A stretch of DNA of 24,000 bases from Coprobacillaceae bacterium (GTDB lineage Bacteria > Bacillota_I > Bacilli_A > Erysipelotrichales > Coprobacillaceae). Made by a program: the position numbers and the translations under genes. The stretch spans positions 16,599 to 40,598 of the forward strand of contig JAZLDV010000088.1 in NCBI GenBank assembly GCA_045614925.1, written 5' to 3'. The notes under the pieces are model-generated. The model was not told the origin of the DNA. It saw nothing but the letters and a program-made list of their open reading frames with translations, and made no database searches. Shown in pieces: positions 16,490-24,000 of the stretch. The first letter of the stretch is position 1, and each line of letters starts with the position of its first letter.

Positions 16490-16669
16490 ATGGCTGCTGT
16501 AATATTTTTAACAATACTTATTGGGATTTATATTACAACTTATATTTTAAACAATAAAACACCTAAACCTGAAGGGTGTGAAGAGTTGGCTGAATGTAGT
16601 GCATGTCATAATTTTACATGTACTCATCATAGTGCTCATAAGAAGGAGGAAGTCGAAGATGGAAATTAG
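16490..16669 (+). CDS. Unannotated 59-aa membrane protein with a Cys/His-rich cytoplasmic tail, inside the rnf operon
   Basis: My own translation: MAAVIFLTILIGIYITTYILNNKTPKPEGCEELAECSACHNFTCTHHSAHKKEEVEDGN*. The ATG sits 1 nt after the rnfA stop and the ORF overlaps the rnfB ATG by 11 nt, so it fills the otherwise unexplained 170-nt gap exactly. It is one codon below the apparent 60-aa cutoff of the ORF track. Confidence 0.55.
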   Translation: MAAVIFLTILIGIYITTYILNNKTPKPEGCEELAECSACHNFTCTHHSAHKKEEVEDGN

Positions 16670-16970
16670 TGCTGTTATTGCATTAGTAGCGATCGGGGCT
16701 GCTCTTGGTGCTTTACTTGGTATTGCAAATATTTATTTAACTGTAGAAGAAGATAATCGTGTTGTTCAAGTCATTGAAATGCTTCCTGGTGCTAACTGTG
16801 GTGGATGTGGATACCCAGGATGTGCTGGTTTTGCAGGTGCATTAGTTGATGGAACAGCGAAAAAAGTGTCTACTTGTGCAGTATGTAATCCTCAAGTGAG
16901 AGAAGACATTGCAAAATACTTAAATGAAACACCTGGACCTGATGGAACTTGTGTAAAAGTAACTGTATAA
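16659..16970 (+). CDS. rnfB: Minimal RnfB-like subunit (TM anchor plus N-terminal Fe-S domain only; no ferredoxin domains)
   Basis: Start placed at ATG 16659 (AAGGAGGA at 16643-16650), not the track's GTG 16578. MEISAVIALVAIGAALGALLG TM, then LPGANCGGCGYPGCAGFAGALV...STC, collinear with my recollection of the first ~90 residues of E. coli RsxB (LPQSQCGQCGYPGC...). The protein ends at residue 103, directly before a terminator. Confidence 0.8.
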   Translation: MEISAVIALVAIGAALGALLGIANIYLTVEEDNRVVQVIEMLPGANCGGCGYPGCAGFAGALVDGTAKKVSTCAVCNPQVREDIAKYLNETPGPDGTCVKVTV

Positions 16971-16980
16971 TAAAATTAAA

Positions 16981-17020
16981 AGTAGAGAAATAAACGTAAA
17001 GTTTGTTCTCTACTTTTTTA
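16981..17020 (+). terminator. Rho-independent terminator of the rnf operon
   Basis: AGTAGAGAA(A)TAAAC - GTAAA - GTTTGTTCTCTACT hairpin followed by TTTTTT. Confidence 0.8.
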
Positions 17021-17051
17021 TTAAAAGACAAAATGATGCAAAGAAATAACA

Positions 17052-17101
17052 TTGTTATTTCTTTTTAATTGTGTTAGAATTTAGTTCGTAACCGAACTAA
17101 A
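17052..17101 (+). promoter_or_regulatory. Candidate promoter plus palindromic operator of the marR-ABC operon
   Basis: -35 TTGTTA at 17052-17057, a 17-nt spacer, and extended -10 TGTTAGAAT (TAGAAT 17075-17080). It abuts the perfect palindrome TTTAGTTCG-TAAC-CGAACTAAA (17080-17101), which ends just before the SD (GAGGTGG). Confidence 0.55.
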
Positions 17102-17113
17102 AGAGGTGGGATT

Positions 17114-17569
17114 ATGTATAAAGATCCAGTAGGATATAGAATAAAACAACTTAATCATCTGATTAAAAGAAGGTTTGAAAGACTATTTGGTAAACCAGAT
17201 GATGCTACGATGATGCAAAGATGGGTAATCGGCTTTGTACATACGAGAAATGAGCAGGGAATTGATACATTTTCAAAAGATATTGAAAATGAATTATGTA
17301 TTAATCGTTCATCGACTTCAGAAATGTTAAAACTAATGTGTTCAAAAAATATGATAGAAAGAGTTTCGGTTCCACATGACGCAAGATTAAAGAAAATAGT
17401 TTTAACAAAAGAATATGAAGATTTTATTAATCGTTTAAGTGATGAAATGGAAAATCTTCATAATATTCTAGTTGATGGATTAACTGAAGAAGAAATTAAT
17501 ACATATATAGAATTAACTGATAAAATTATAAGTAATATTAGTAATGAAGAAAGGGTGAGAAAATGTTAA
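17114..17569 (+). CDS. MarR-family transcriptional regulator
   Basis: 151 aa with a winged-HTH-like centre (INRSSTSEMLKLMCSKNMIERVSVPHDARLKKIVLT). Overlaps the downstream ABC gene by 7 nt. Confidence 0.8.
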   Translation: MYKDPVGYRIKQLNHLIKRRFERLFGKPDDATMMQRWVIGFVHTRNEQGIDTFSKDIENELCINRSSTSEMLKLMCSKNMIERVSVPHDARLKKIVLTKEYEDFINRLSDEMENLHNILVDGLTEEEINTYIELTDKIISNISNEERVRKC

Positions 17570-19293
17570 AAACATTATTAGGACAAGTCAAACAATATAA
17601 AGCTGATTCTTTTAAAACAATGATTTTTGTTGTGGTAGAGGTAATTTTAGAAATTATGATTCCTTTATTAATGGCAACTATTATTGATAAGGGGATTCAG
17701 GCAAATAATATGGCGGTCGTATGGAAATATGGTGCAATTATGTTTTTAATTGCCTGTGCTACATTAACTTTAGGTTATTTAGCAGGAAAATATGCAGCGA
17801 AAGCTTCATCAGGTTTTGGTGCAAATTTAAGAGAGGCTATGTATACAAATATTCAGAGTTTTTCTTTCTCTAATATTGATAAATATAGCAGTGCTGGGCT
17901 AATTACACGTTTAACTACTGATGTTTCAAATGTACAGCAATCGTATCAGATGATTATTAGAACATGTATTCGTTCTCCGATTAATCTTATTTGTGCATTA
18001 TTTATGGCTTTTCGTATTAGCAAAGATTTAAGTATGATTTTTGTAGGGTCTATTATTTTCTTAACTGTTGTATTGTTATCAATTATGAAATTTGCTATGA
18101 AGAATTTTAAACAGGCATTTAGAAAATATGATAGTTTAAATGAAAGCGTACAAGAAAATATTATTGGAATGAGAGTTGTTAAATCTTTTGTTAGAAAAGA
18201 TTATGAAATTGAAAAATTAAATAAAGTAAGTGATCATATTCGTACATTATTTACTAAAGCTGAAAATGTTCTTGCATTCAATAATCCTGCAATGATGTTA
18301 TCAATTAATGGATCAATCTTATTATTATCATGGTTAGGTGCAAAAAGTATCGTTGGAGGAACATTAACAACAGGACAATTAACAAGTTTATTTAGTTATG
18401 TTATGAATATTAATATGTCATTGATGATGTTATCAATGGTTATTGTTATGATTACAATTTCATTTGCTTCTGCAGAACGTATTGTTGAAGTTATTAATGA
18501 AAAATCTGATTTAGTATCACCTAGTGATGCAATTTATGAAGTTGAAGATGGATCTATTGAATTTGATCATGTGACTTTTTCATATAAGCATGGTGATGGA
18601 GTACCAATTTTACAGGATGTCTCTTTAAAAATTGAAAGTGGAGAAACAATTGGAATCATTGGTGGAACAGGAAGTGCTAAGAGTACTTTAGTTAATCTAA
18701 TTAGCCGTTTATATGATGTAGATGAAGGTAGAGTATTAGTAGGACAAAAAGATGTAAGATTATATGATTTAGAAACATTAAGAAATGAAGTTTCGGTCGT
18801 TCTACAAAAAAATGTATTATTCAGTGGAACAATCTTAGAAAACTTAAGATGGGGAAATGAACATGCAACTGATGAAGAATGTAAAGAAGCATGTGAGTTA
18901 GCTTGTGCTGATGAGTTTATTCAAAGATTTGAGAATGGATATCATACTTATATTGAACAAGGTGGAGCAAATGTATCTGGTGGACAAAAACAAAGATTAT
19001 GTATTGCTAGAGCATTACTTAAAAAACCTAAAATATTAATTTTAGATGACTCTACAAGTGCAGTTGATACTGCAACTGATGCAAGTATTCAACGTTCATT
19101 TGAAGAACGTATTCCTGATACAACAAAAATTATTATTTCTCAACGTGTTTCAAGTGTTCAAAATGCCAATAGAATTATTGTATTAAATGATGGTGTGATT
19201 GATGGATTTGATACACACGAAAATTTATTAAAAACAAATGAAATTTACAGTATGATTTATGAAACACAAACAAAAGGGAAGGAGGAAGCATAA
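17563..19293 (+). CDS. ABC exporter half-transporter (permease + ATPase), subunit carrying the degenerate catalytic residues
   Basis: Six-TM exporter domain. Walker A GGTGSAKST, signature VSGGQKQR, Walker B ILILDDS (Asp where the catalytic Glu is expected), H-loop position IISQRVS (Gln for His). Confidence 0.9.
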   Translation: MLKTLLGQVKQYKADSFKTMIFVVVEVILEIMIPLLMATIIDKGIQANNMAVVWKYGAIMFLIACATLTLGYLAGKYAAKASSGFGANLREAMYTNIQSFSFSNIDKYSSAGLITRLTTDVSNVQQSYQMIIRTCIRSPINLICALFMAFRISKDLSMIFVGSIIFLTVVLLSIMKFAMKNFKQAFRKYDSLNESVQENIIGMRVVKSFVRKDYEIEKLNKVSDHIRTLFTKAENVLAFNNPAMMLSINGSILLLSWLGAKSIVGGTLTTGQLTSLFSYVMNINMSLMMLSMVIVMITISFASAERIVEVINEKSDLVSPSDAIYEVEDGSIEFDHVTFSYKHGDGVPILQDVSLKIESGETIGIIGGTGSAKSTLVNLISRLYDVDEGRVLVGQKDVRLYDLETLRNEVSVVLQKNVLFSGTILENLRWGNEHATDEECKEACELACADEFIQRFENGYHTYIEQGGANVSGGQKQRLCIARALLKKPKILILDDSTSAVDTATDASIQRSFEERIPDTTKIIISQRVSSVQNANRIIVLNDGVIDGFDTHENLLKTNEIYSMIYETQTKGKEEA

Positions 19294-21182
19294 TGAAACC
19301 TGGAATGAAACCTGGGATGAAACCACAATTAAAACCTGGTGTCATTAAAAGACTTTTATCCCGCTTATTTAAAAGATATGGTATTGCATTAACAATTATT
19401 TTGATTTGTATTGTTTTAAATTCTTTATGTACAGTACAAGGAACATTATTTATGCAATCCTTAATTGATGATTTTATTATTCCATTAGTTGCTTCAACTG
19501 ATCCTGACTTTAGTGGATTATTAAAAGCAATCAGTAGAGTAGGAATGTTTTATGGATTAGGTATTTTATGTTCATTTACACATCAAAGAATTATGGCATT
19601 TGTAACACAAAGCTTTTTACATGATTTAAGAGTAGAAATATTTGAGCATATGCAAAAATTACCTATTAAATATTTTGATACAACTCCTCATGGAGATACA
19701 ATGTCAATCTATACAAATGATACAGATACATTAAGACAATTAATATCACAATCGATTCCAAACTTCGTTTCATCGATTATGACAATATCAACAGTGTTTG
19801 TATCTATGATTTACTTATGTTTACCATTAACATGTATAAGTATTGTAATGTTAAGTTTTATGATATATACATCAAGAAGAGTTGGTGGATTAGCAGGAAA
19901 ACACTTTATGCAACAACAGATGTCTATTGGTAAATTAAATGGATATATTGAAGAAATGATTTCTGGACAAAAAGTTGTAAAAGTATTTAACCATGAGAAA
20001 AAAGCTATTGAAGGCTTTAAAGAAGTCAATGAAGAGTTAAAAAACAGTGCATATAATGCTAATAGATTTGCCAATGTTTTAATGCCTGTGACTGTACAGT
20101 TAGGAAATATTTCTTATATTATTTGTGCAATTGCAGGTGCAACAATGTCTTTAACAGGATTTGCATCGATTACTGTTGGAACATTAGTTTCTTTCTTAAC
20201 ATTAAATAAAAGTTTTAATGGTCCAGTAGGACAAATGTCAATGCAGTTAAATAATATTGCAATGGCAACAGCAGGTGCAAGTCGTATATTTGATCTTTTA
20301 GATCAAAAAGCAGAAGTAGACCAAGGAAATGTCACTTTATGTAGTGTTATTAAACATGATGATGGATCATTAGAAGAAACATCAAAACGTACTGGACACT
20401 GGGCATGGAAACATCCAAGAGCTAATAATCAATATGAACTTGTTGAAATGAAAGGTGATATTCGTTTAGAAAATGTAAACTTTGGTTATAATGATGATAA
20501 GATGGTATTGCATAATGTCGATGTATTTGCTAAACCTGGACAAAAGATTGCCTTTGTAGGTGCAACAGGTGCAGGAAAAACAACAATTACAAACTTAATT
20601 AATCGTTTTTATGATATTCAAAGTGGTACGATTACTTATGATGGTATTGATATTAAATTAATTAAAAAAGATGATTTAAGACGATCACTTGGAATCGTAT
20701 TACAGGATACACATTTATTTACAGGAACTATTTTAGAAAATATCCGTTATGGAAGATTAGATGCGACTGATGAAGAATGTATTGAAGCAGCAAAATTAGC
20801 AAATGCTGATATGTTTATTAGACATTTACCTGAGGGATATCATACTGTATTAACAGGAGATGGTGCATCTTTATCTCAAGGACAAAGACAGCTTATTGCG
20901 ATTGCTAGAGCAGCTGTTGCCAATCCTCCAGCTCTTATTTTAGATGAAGCGACTTCATCTATTGATACAAGAACTGAAGTTTTAGTTCAAAGAGGAATGG
21001 ATGGATTAATGAGTGGAAGAACAACTTTAGTTATTGCACATCGTTTATCTACAATTAAAAATAGTGATTGTATCATGGTTTTAGATCAAGGAAGAATTAT
21101 CGAAAGAGGAGACCATGAGTCATTAATGAAAGAAAAAGGAAAGTATTACCAATTATATACAGGAGCTATAGATTTAGATTAG
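19293..21182 (+). CDS. ABC exporter half-transporter (permease + ATPase), subunit carrying the consensus catalytic residues
   Basis: Walker A GATGAGKTT, Walker B LILDEATS, H-loop VIAHRLS, but a degenerate signature LSQGQRQL. The ATG overlaps the upstream stop (TAATG) and GGAGGA lies upstream. Confidence 0.9.
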   Translation: MKPGMKPGMKPQLKPGVIKRLLSRLFKRYGIALTIILICIVLNSLCTVQGTLFMQSLIDDFIIPLVASTDPDFSGLLKAISRVGMFYGLGILCSFTHQRIMAFVTQSFLHDLRVEIFEHMQKLPIKYFDTTPHGDTMSIYTNDTDTLRQLISQSIPNFVSSIMTISTVFVSMIYLCLPLTCISIVMLSFMIYTSRRVGGLAGKHFMQQQMSIGKLNGYIEEMISGQKVVKVFNHEKKAIEGFKEVNEELKNSAYNANRFANVLMPVTVQLGNISYIICAIAGATMSLTGFASITVGTLVSFLTLNKSFNGPVGQMSMQLNNIAMATAGASRIFDLLDQKAEVDQGNVTLCSVIKHDDGSLEETSKRTGHWAWKHPRANNQYELVEMKGDIRLENVNFGYNDDKMVLHNVDVFAKPGQKIAFVGATGAGKTTITNLINRFYDIQSGTITYDGIDIKLIKKDDLRRSLGIVLQDTHLFTGTILENIRYGRLDATDEECIEAAKLANADMFIRHLPEGYHTVLTGDGASLSQGQRQLIAIARAAVANPPALILDEATSSIDTRTEVLVQRGMDGLMSGRTTLVIAHRLSTIKNSDCIMVLDQGRIIERGDHESLMKEKGKYYQLYTGAIDLD

Positions 21183-21191
21183 GCACATAAG

Positions 21192-21220
21192 TTGAAAACA
21201 ATTCAAGACTATGATAAACT
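21192..21220 (+). promoter_or_regulatory. Candidate sigma-A promoter of trxA
   Basis: -35 TTGAAA at 21192-21197, a 17-nt spacer, and extended -10 TGATAAACT (TAAACT 21215-21220). Confidence 0.5.
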
Positions 21221-21250
21221 ATAGTTGTAAAGAAAGTAGAGGTAATGAAT

Positions 21251-21556
21251 ATGTCAAAAGTATTGCATTTAAATACAGAAGAATTTAATCAAGCATTAAA
21301 TAGTGGTGAAACATTATTTGTAGATTTCTATGCTGATTGGTGTGGGCCTTGCAAAATGTTAGCACCAAGCATTGAAGAATTAGCTTTAAATCATAGTGAA
21401 GTGAAGGTTGTAAAAATTAATGTTGATAATGAACCAATGTTAGCTATGCAATATCAGGTTCAATCAATTCCTACATTAATTACATTTAAAAATGGACAAC
21501 CTGTAAACCGTCAATTAGGTTTCATGTCATATGAAGATTTAGAAGCAATGTTATAA
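21251..21556 (+). CDS. trxA: Thioredoxin
   Basis: WCGPCK active site and the QSIPTLITFKNGQ motif. I prefer ATG 21251 (GAGG 8 nt upstream) over the track's 21245. Confidence 0.93.
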   Translation: MSKVLHLNTEEFNQALNSGETLFVDFYADWCGPCKMLAPSIEELALNHSEVKVVKINVDNEPMLAMQYQVQSIPTLITFKNGQPVNRQLGFMSYEDLEAML

Positions 21557-21620
21557 AAGATGCTATCTATTACATAACAAAGACTTTTCACAACACCATA
21601 ATATGTAATAGTTAGAATAG

Positions 21621-21659
21621 AAAAAACGAGACAAAGATTTATTCTTCGTCTCGTTTTTC
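21621..21659. terminator. Bidirectional terminator between trxA and the convergent HD-domain gene
   Basis: AAAAAACGAGAC / GTCTCGTTTTTT arms with A-run and T-run on either side. The right arm overlaps the last codons of the HD gene. Confidence 0.7.
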
Positions 21660-22082
21660 TATATATTTTTTTATTCTCTTATAATGCTCGCAAGGCAATA
21701 TGTTGTCTTTAGACTCATAGTAGAAAGCAAGAATATCAGCATCTTTTAATAATTCACTATAATCATCATGTTTGCTGTCTTTATCACTATGATTTTTAAT
21801 TGCATTGCAAACAATATCTAATTCATTCTCATCTAAAATATCAGTAAGTAATTTTCTAGTCATTTCACTGCTTAACTTTGCATGATTAAATGAATTATGA
21901 TTAATAAATTGTGCTATATCATGATATAAACCCATTATTTTACATAAATAAGGATCTAATCTGTAATAGACAGATAATTGCTGTGCAAAAGCACTGACTC
22001 TATAACTATGAGAAAAAGCTTTTTGTTTATATATACCAAAAGTTTTTTCTTCAATATGTTTATAAAAAATATCTTCAATCAT
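21639..22082 (-). CDS. Small HD-domain phosphohydrolase-family protein
   Basis: H..R (FSHSYRV), HD (GLYHDIAQ) and DAD (LLKDADILAF) metal-ligand motifs. Its start overlaps the upstream methyltransferase stop (ATGA). Confidence 0.7.
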   Translation of the reverse strand: MIEDIFYKHIEEKTFGIYKQKAFSHSYRVSAFAQQLSVYYRLDPYLCKIMGLYHDIAQFINHNSFNHAKLSSEMTRKLLTDILDENELDIVCNAIKNHSDKDSKHDDYSELLKDADILAFYYESKDNILPCEHYKRIKKYIEKRDEE

Positions 22083-23401
22083 CGTCTTAACCCCTTTGGG
22101 AAAAGATTCTTTGCCTGAGATTGACTTTCTTTATAGAAAGATAACGGATAATCTTCTACAAATATAACACCATATCCTTTATGATTACTTCCTTCAATTG
22201 TTTCACCATGAATATAATCTGAAATCTGTTTATCAGATTCATGATATGAATAATATTGTTTAACATCTTCTTTCTTTAATGTTAAAGCTAAAGCTAAACT
22301 AGGCTCAAATCTATTCTTTTTGCATTCTCCTAAATATAAACCATTTCTTAAAACTCTTATACCTTTTAATTCAGGGAACTGAGGTAAAATTGCATATATA
22401 TGATTATTATTGTCATATAAATAAGAAGGAACCTTCTTATTTAAATATGATTTATAAAAATCATGGACTAAAGTCTGATTTGATTTAGAAATTGAAGCTT
22501 TTAGTGCTTTGATTTTATTTGTTTTAGTCTCACCATGTTTTTGAATTAACGCGATAAAATGACCTTCACCTTCATATTTATGAGGGAAAAGACGAACAGC
22601 TTCTTCATATCCAAAACCACCCATCATACCATGAGATTTACTAAGAGGGATAAGGGAACAATCATATTTATCTAAGACATAATCTAACTGATCTTCATTT
22701 TCAATTCTGTTATATGTACAAGTTGAATATATTAACATTCCTCCAGGTTTCAATAAAGTCATTGCAGCATCTAATAGATTTCTTTGGATATAAGCACATT
22801 CTTTGACTTTATCCATAGACCATGTTTCAATTGCTGCATCAACTTTTCTAAACATACCTTCTCCACTACAAGGAGCATCTAAAATAATTTTATCAAAGAA
22901 ACCAGGTAATACTTTTGTAAATTGAATAGGATCACAATTAGTAACAATAGTATTTTCTAGTCCAAATCTTTCAACATTTTCAGATAAAATCTTAGCACGT
23001 AATGAAACAATATCATTTGCAATCATTAGACCTTCATTAGATAAGCTAGACGCTACAGCACATGTTTTACCACCAGGGGCAGCGCACATATCTAAAACAT
23101 AATCATCATGTTTAATATCTAAAAAATGTCTCACAAGCATAGCACTTGGTTCTTGAATATAATAATTTCCACATAAAAAGAAAGGAGACTTACCTAAAGG
23201 ATAATTCTCATAATCAAAATAATATCCATCTTTAACAACAGGATGTTTTTTAATATATTTATTATTTAAATATTTAATTGTATCTTCTTTTAAAGGATTT
23301 AAATAAAAAGCTTTAATATTAGGTTTATTTAAAGATTCAATAAATTCATCATATTCATCTTTTAATAAATCCTTCATCATTAATTTAAATTCATCATTCA
23401 T
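22079..23401 (-). CDS. RsmB/RsmF-family (NOL1/NOP2/Sun) RNA cytosine-C5 methyltransferase
   Basis: YYIQEPSAMLV, DMCAAPGGKT, ILDAPCSGEGMFRK, LIYSTCT, plus an RsmF-type C-terminal extension. Start is uncertain: ATG 23401 (GGTGA upstream) or the track's 23425. Confidence 0.88.
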   Translation of the reverse strand: MNDEFKLMMKDLLKDEYDEFIESLNKPNIKAFYLNPLKEDTIKYLNNKYIKKHPVVKDGYYFDYENYPLGKSPFFLCGNYYIQEPSAMLVRHFLDIKHDDYVLDMCAAPGGKTCAVASSLSNEGLMIANDIVSLRAKILSENVERFGLENTIVTNCDPIQFTKVLPGFFDKIILDAPCSGEGMFRKVDAAIETWSMDKVKECAYIQRNLLDAAMTLLKPGGMLIYSTCTYNRIENEDQLDYVLDKYDCSLIPLSKSHGMMGGFGYEEAVRLFPHKYEGEGHFIALIQKHGETKTNKIKALKASISKSNQTLVHDFYKSYLNKKVPSYLYDNNNHIYAILPQFPELKGIRVLRNGLYLGECKKNRFEPSLALALTLKKEDVKQYYSYHESDKQISDYIHGETIEGSNHKGYGVIFVEDYPLSFYKESQSQAKNLFPKGLRR

Positions 23402-23484
23402 AATATCACCATATCTATTATACAAATCTTATTAAATTGTGTAAATTATAAATATATGATAATCTAATAAAAAGAGGTGCAATT

Positions 23485-24000
23485 ATGAAAAGATGCAGTT
23501 GGGTCACAAGTGAAGTATTAAGACAATATCATGATGAAATATGGGGTGTTCCTACACATGATGAAAAACAATTATACAAAATGCTTATTTTAGAAGGTCT
23601 ACAGGCAGGATTAAGCTGGGAAACAATATTAAAGAAAGAACACTTATATGATAAATCTTTAGATCATTTTGATTATCATAAAATATCAGAATATGATGAA
23701 GATAAATTTAATGAACTTATGAATACAGATGGACTTATAAAAAATAAACTAAAAATGAAATCAATTATTCATAATGCAAAAGCATTTATCAAAATACAAG
23801 AAGAATATGGATCATTTGATCACTATATATGGTCATATACAGACTATAAAACAATAGTTCATTATTATGATACTTTAGTACCTTTTGATGACTTATCTAC
23901 AACAATATCAAAAGATCTAAAAAAGAGAGGATTTACGTTTGTTGGTCCTACTATTATCTATAGTTATCTACAGGCGATAGGAATATATAATGATCATGAT
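23485..24000 (+). CDS. tag: DNA-3-methyladenine glycosylase I (3' end outside window)
   Basis: Not in the ORF track because it has no stop inside the window. My translation is MKRCSWVTSEVLRQYHDEIWGVPTHDEKQLYKMLILEGLQAGLSWETILKKE...KKRGFTFVGPTIIYSYLQAIGIYNDH, collinear with my recollection of E. coli Tag. AGAGGTG lies 6 nt upstream. Confidence 0.9.
   Translation, partial: MKRCSWVTSEVLRQYHDEIWGVPTHDEKQLYKMLILEGLQAGLSWETILKKEHLYDKSLDHFDYHKISEYDEDKFNELMNTDGLIKNKLKMKSIIHNAKAFIKIQEEYGSFDHYIWSYTDYKTIVHYYDTLVPFDDLSTTISKDLKKRGFTFVGPTIIYSYLQAIGIYNDHD

Noticed and set aside
16578-16658. N-terminal extension of rnfB in the track (130-aa version starting MKSWLNVV)
   Set aside because: It begins at a GTG without an SD and overlaps the better-supported 59-aa ORF in another frame. 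ATG 16659 has a perfect AAGGAGGA and gives the canonical RnfB N-terminal TM helix.
16870-17052. 60-aa minus-strand ORF
   Set aside because: It spans the rnfB 3' end and the rnf terminator hairpin; no SD and no recognisable product.
19811-20074. 87-aa minus-strand ORF
   Set aside because: Antisense to the TM domain of the second ABC half-transporter.
21567-21611. 10-bp inverted repeat (CTATTACATA ... TATGTAATAG) just after trxA
   Set aside because: It is an A/T-only stem with a 25-nt loop and no T-run. The stronger GC-containing hairpin at 21621-21659 explains termination. Probably incidental.
1-24000. Scan for tRNA, rRNA, CRISPR arrays, riboswitch-sized leaders and large noncoding gaps
   Set aside because: The largest intergenic regions (11692-11893, 2510-2666, 8876-9009) contain only promoter- and terminator-like elements. 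I could recognise no cloverleaf-like or repeat-spacer structures by eye. A covariance-model scan (Rfam/Infernal, tRNAscan) would be needed to be definitive.

Overview
AT-rich (roughly 30% GC by eye) Bacillota-type chromosomal segment. Protein signatures fit a gut Firmicute of the Erysipelotrichales/Clostridia type, but that taxon call is an inference. Most of the window is ordinary, tightly packed housekeeping DNA: gdhA, rubrerythrin, scpAB, a FucO-like lactaldehyde reductase, a C26 amidotransferase-like hydrolase, a CNNM/CorC transporter, an RlmCD-like rRNA methyltransferase, trxA, an RsmF-like methyltransferase with an HD protein, and tag. I saw no tRNA, rRNA, CRISPR array or IS element bounded by inverted repeats. 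Three places deserve a second look. (1) The six-gene rnfCDGEAB operon (11894-16970) is atypical at three points. RnfD carries an extra TM helix, a charged linker and a second FMN_bind flavinylation domain. RnfB is a 103-aa minimal form with no ferredoxin domains. A 59-aa TM plus Cys/His-rich ORF, absent from the ORF track, fills the rnfA-rnfB gap. (2) At 1412-2509 an Rpn/YhgA-like PD-(D/E)XK nuclease gene has an internal SD+ATG in front of its C-terminal domain. A roughly 95%-identical tandem copy of just that C-terminal module follows as a stand-alone 76-aa gene, an arrangement resembling the RpnL/RpnS intragenic toxin-antitoxin defence logic. (3) The left edge holds the end of a sortase-dependent pilus locus: a T-antigen-like pilin with a proline-less IVSTG sorting motif and a class B sortase. 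Smaller oddities are a DUF1292 protein with an 8-Cys/8-His tail, a MarR-controlled heterodimeric ABC exporter with a textbook degenerate ATP site and palindromic operators, and an RlmCD-like enzyme lacking the DPPR motif. All functional calls rest on motif recognition by eye; no searches were run.
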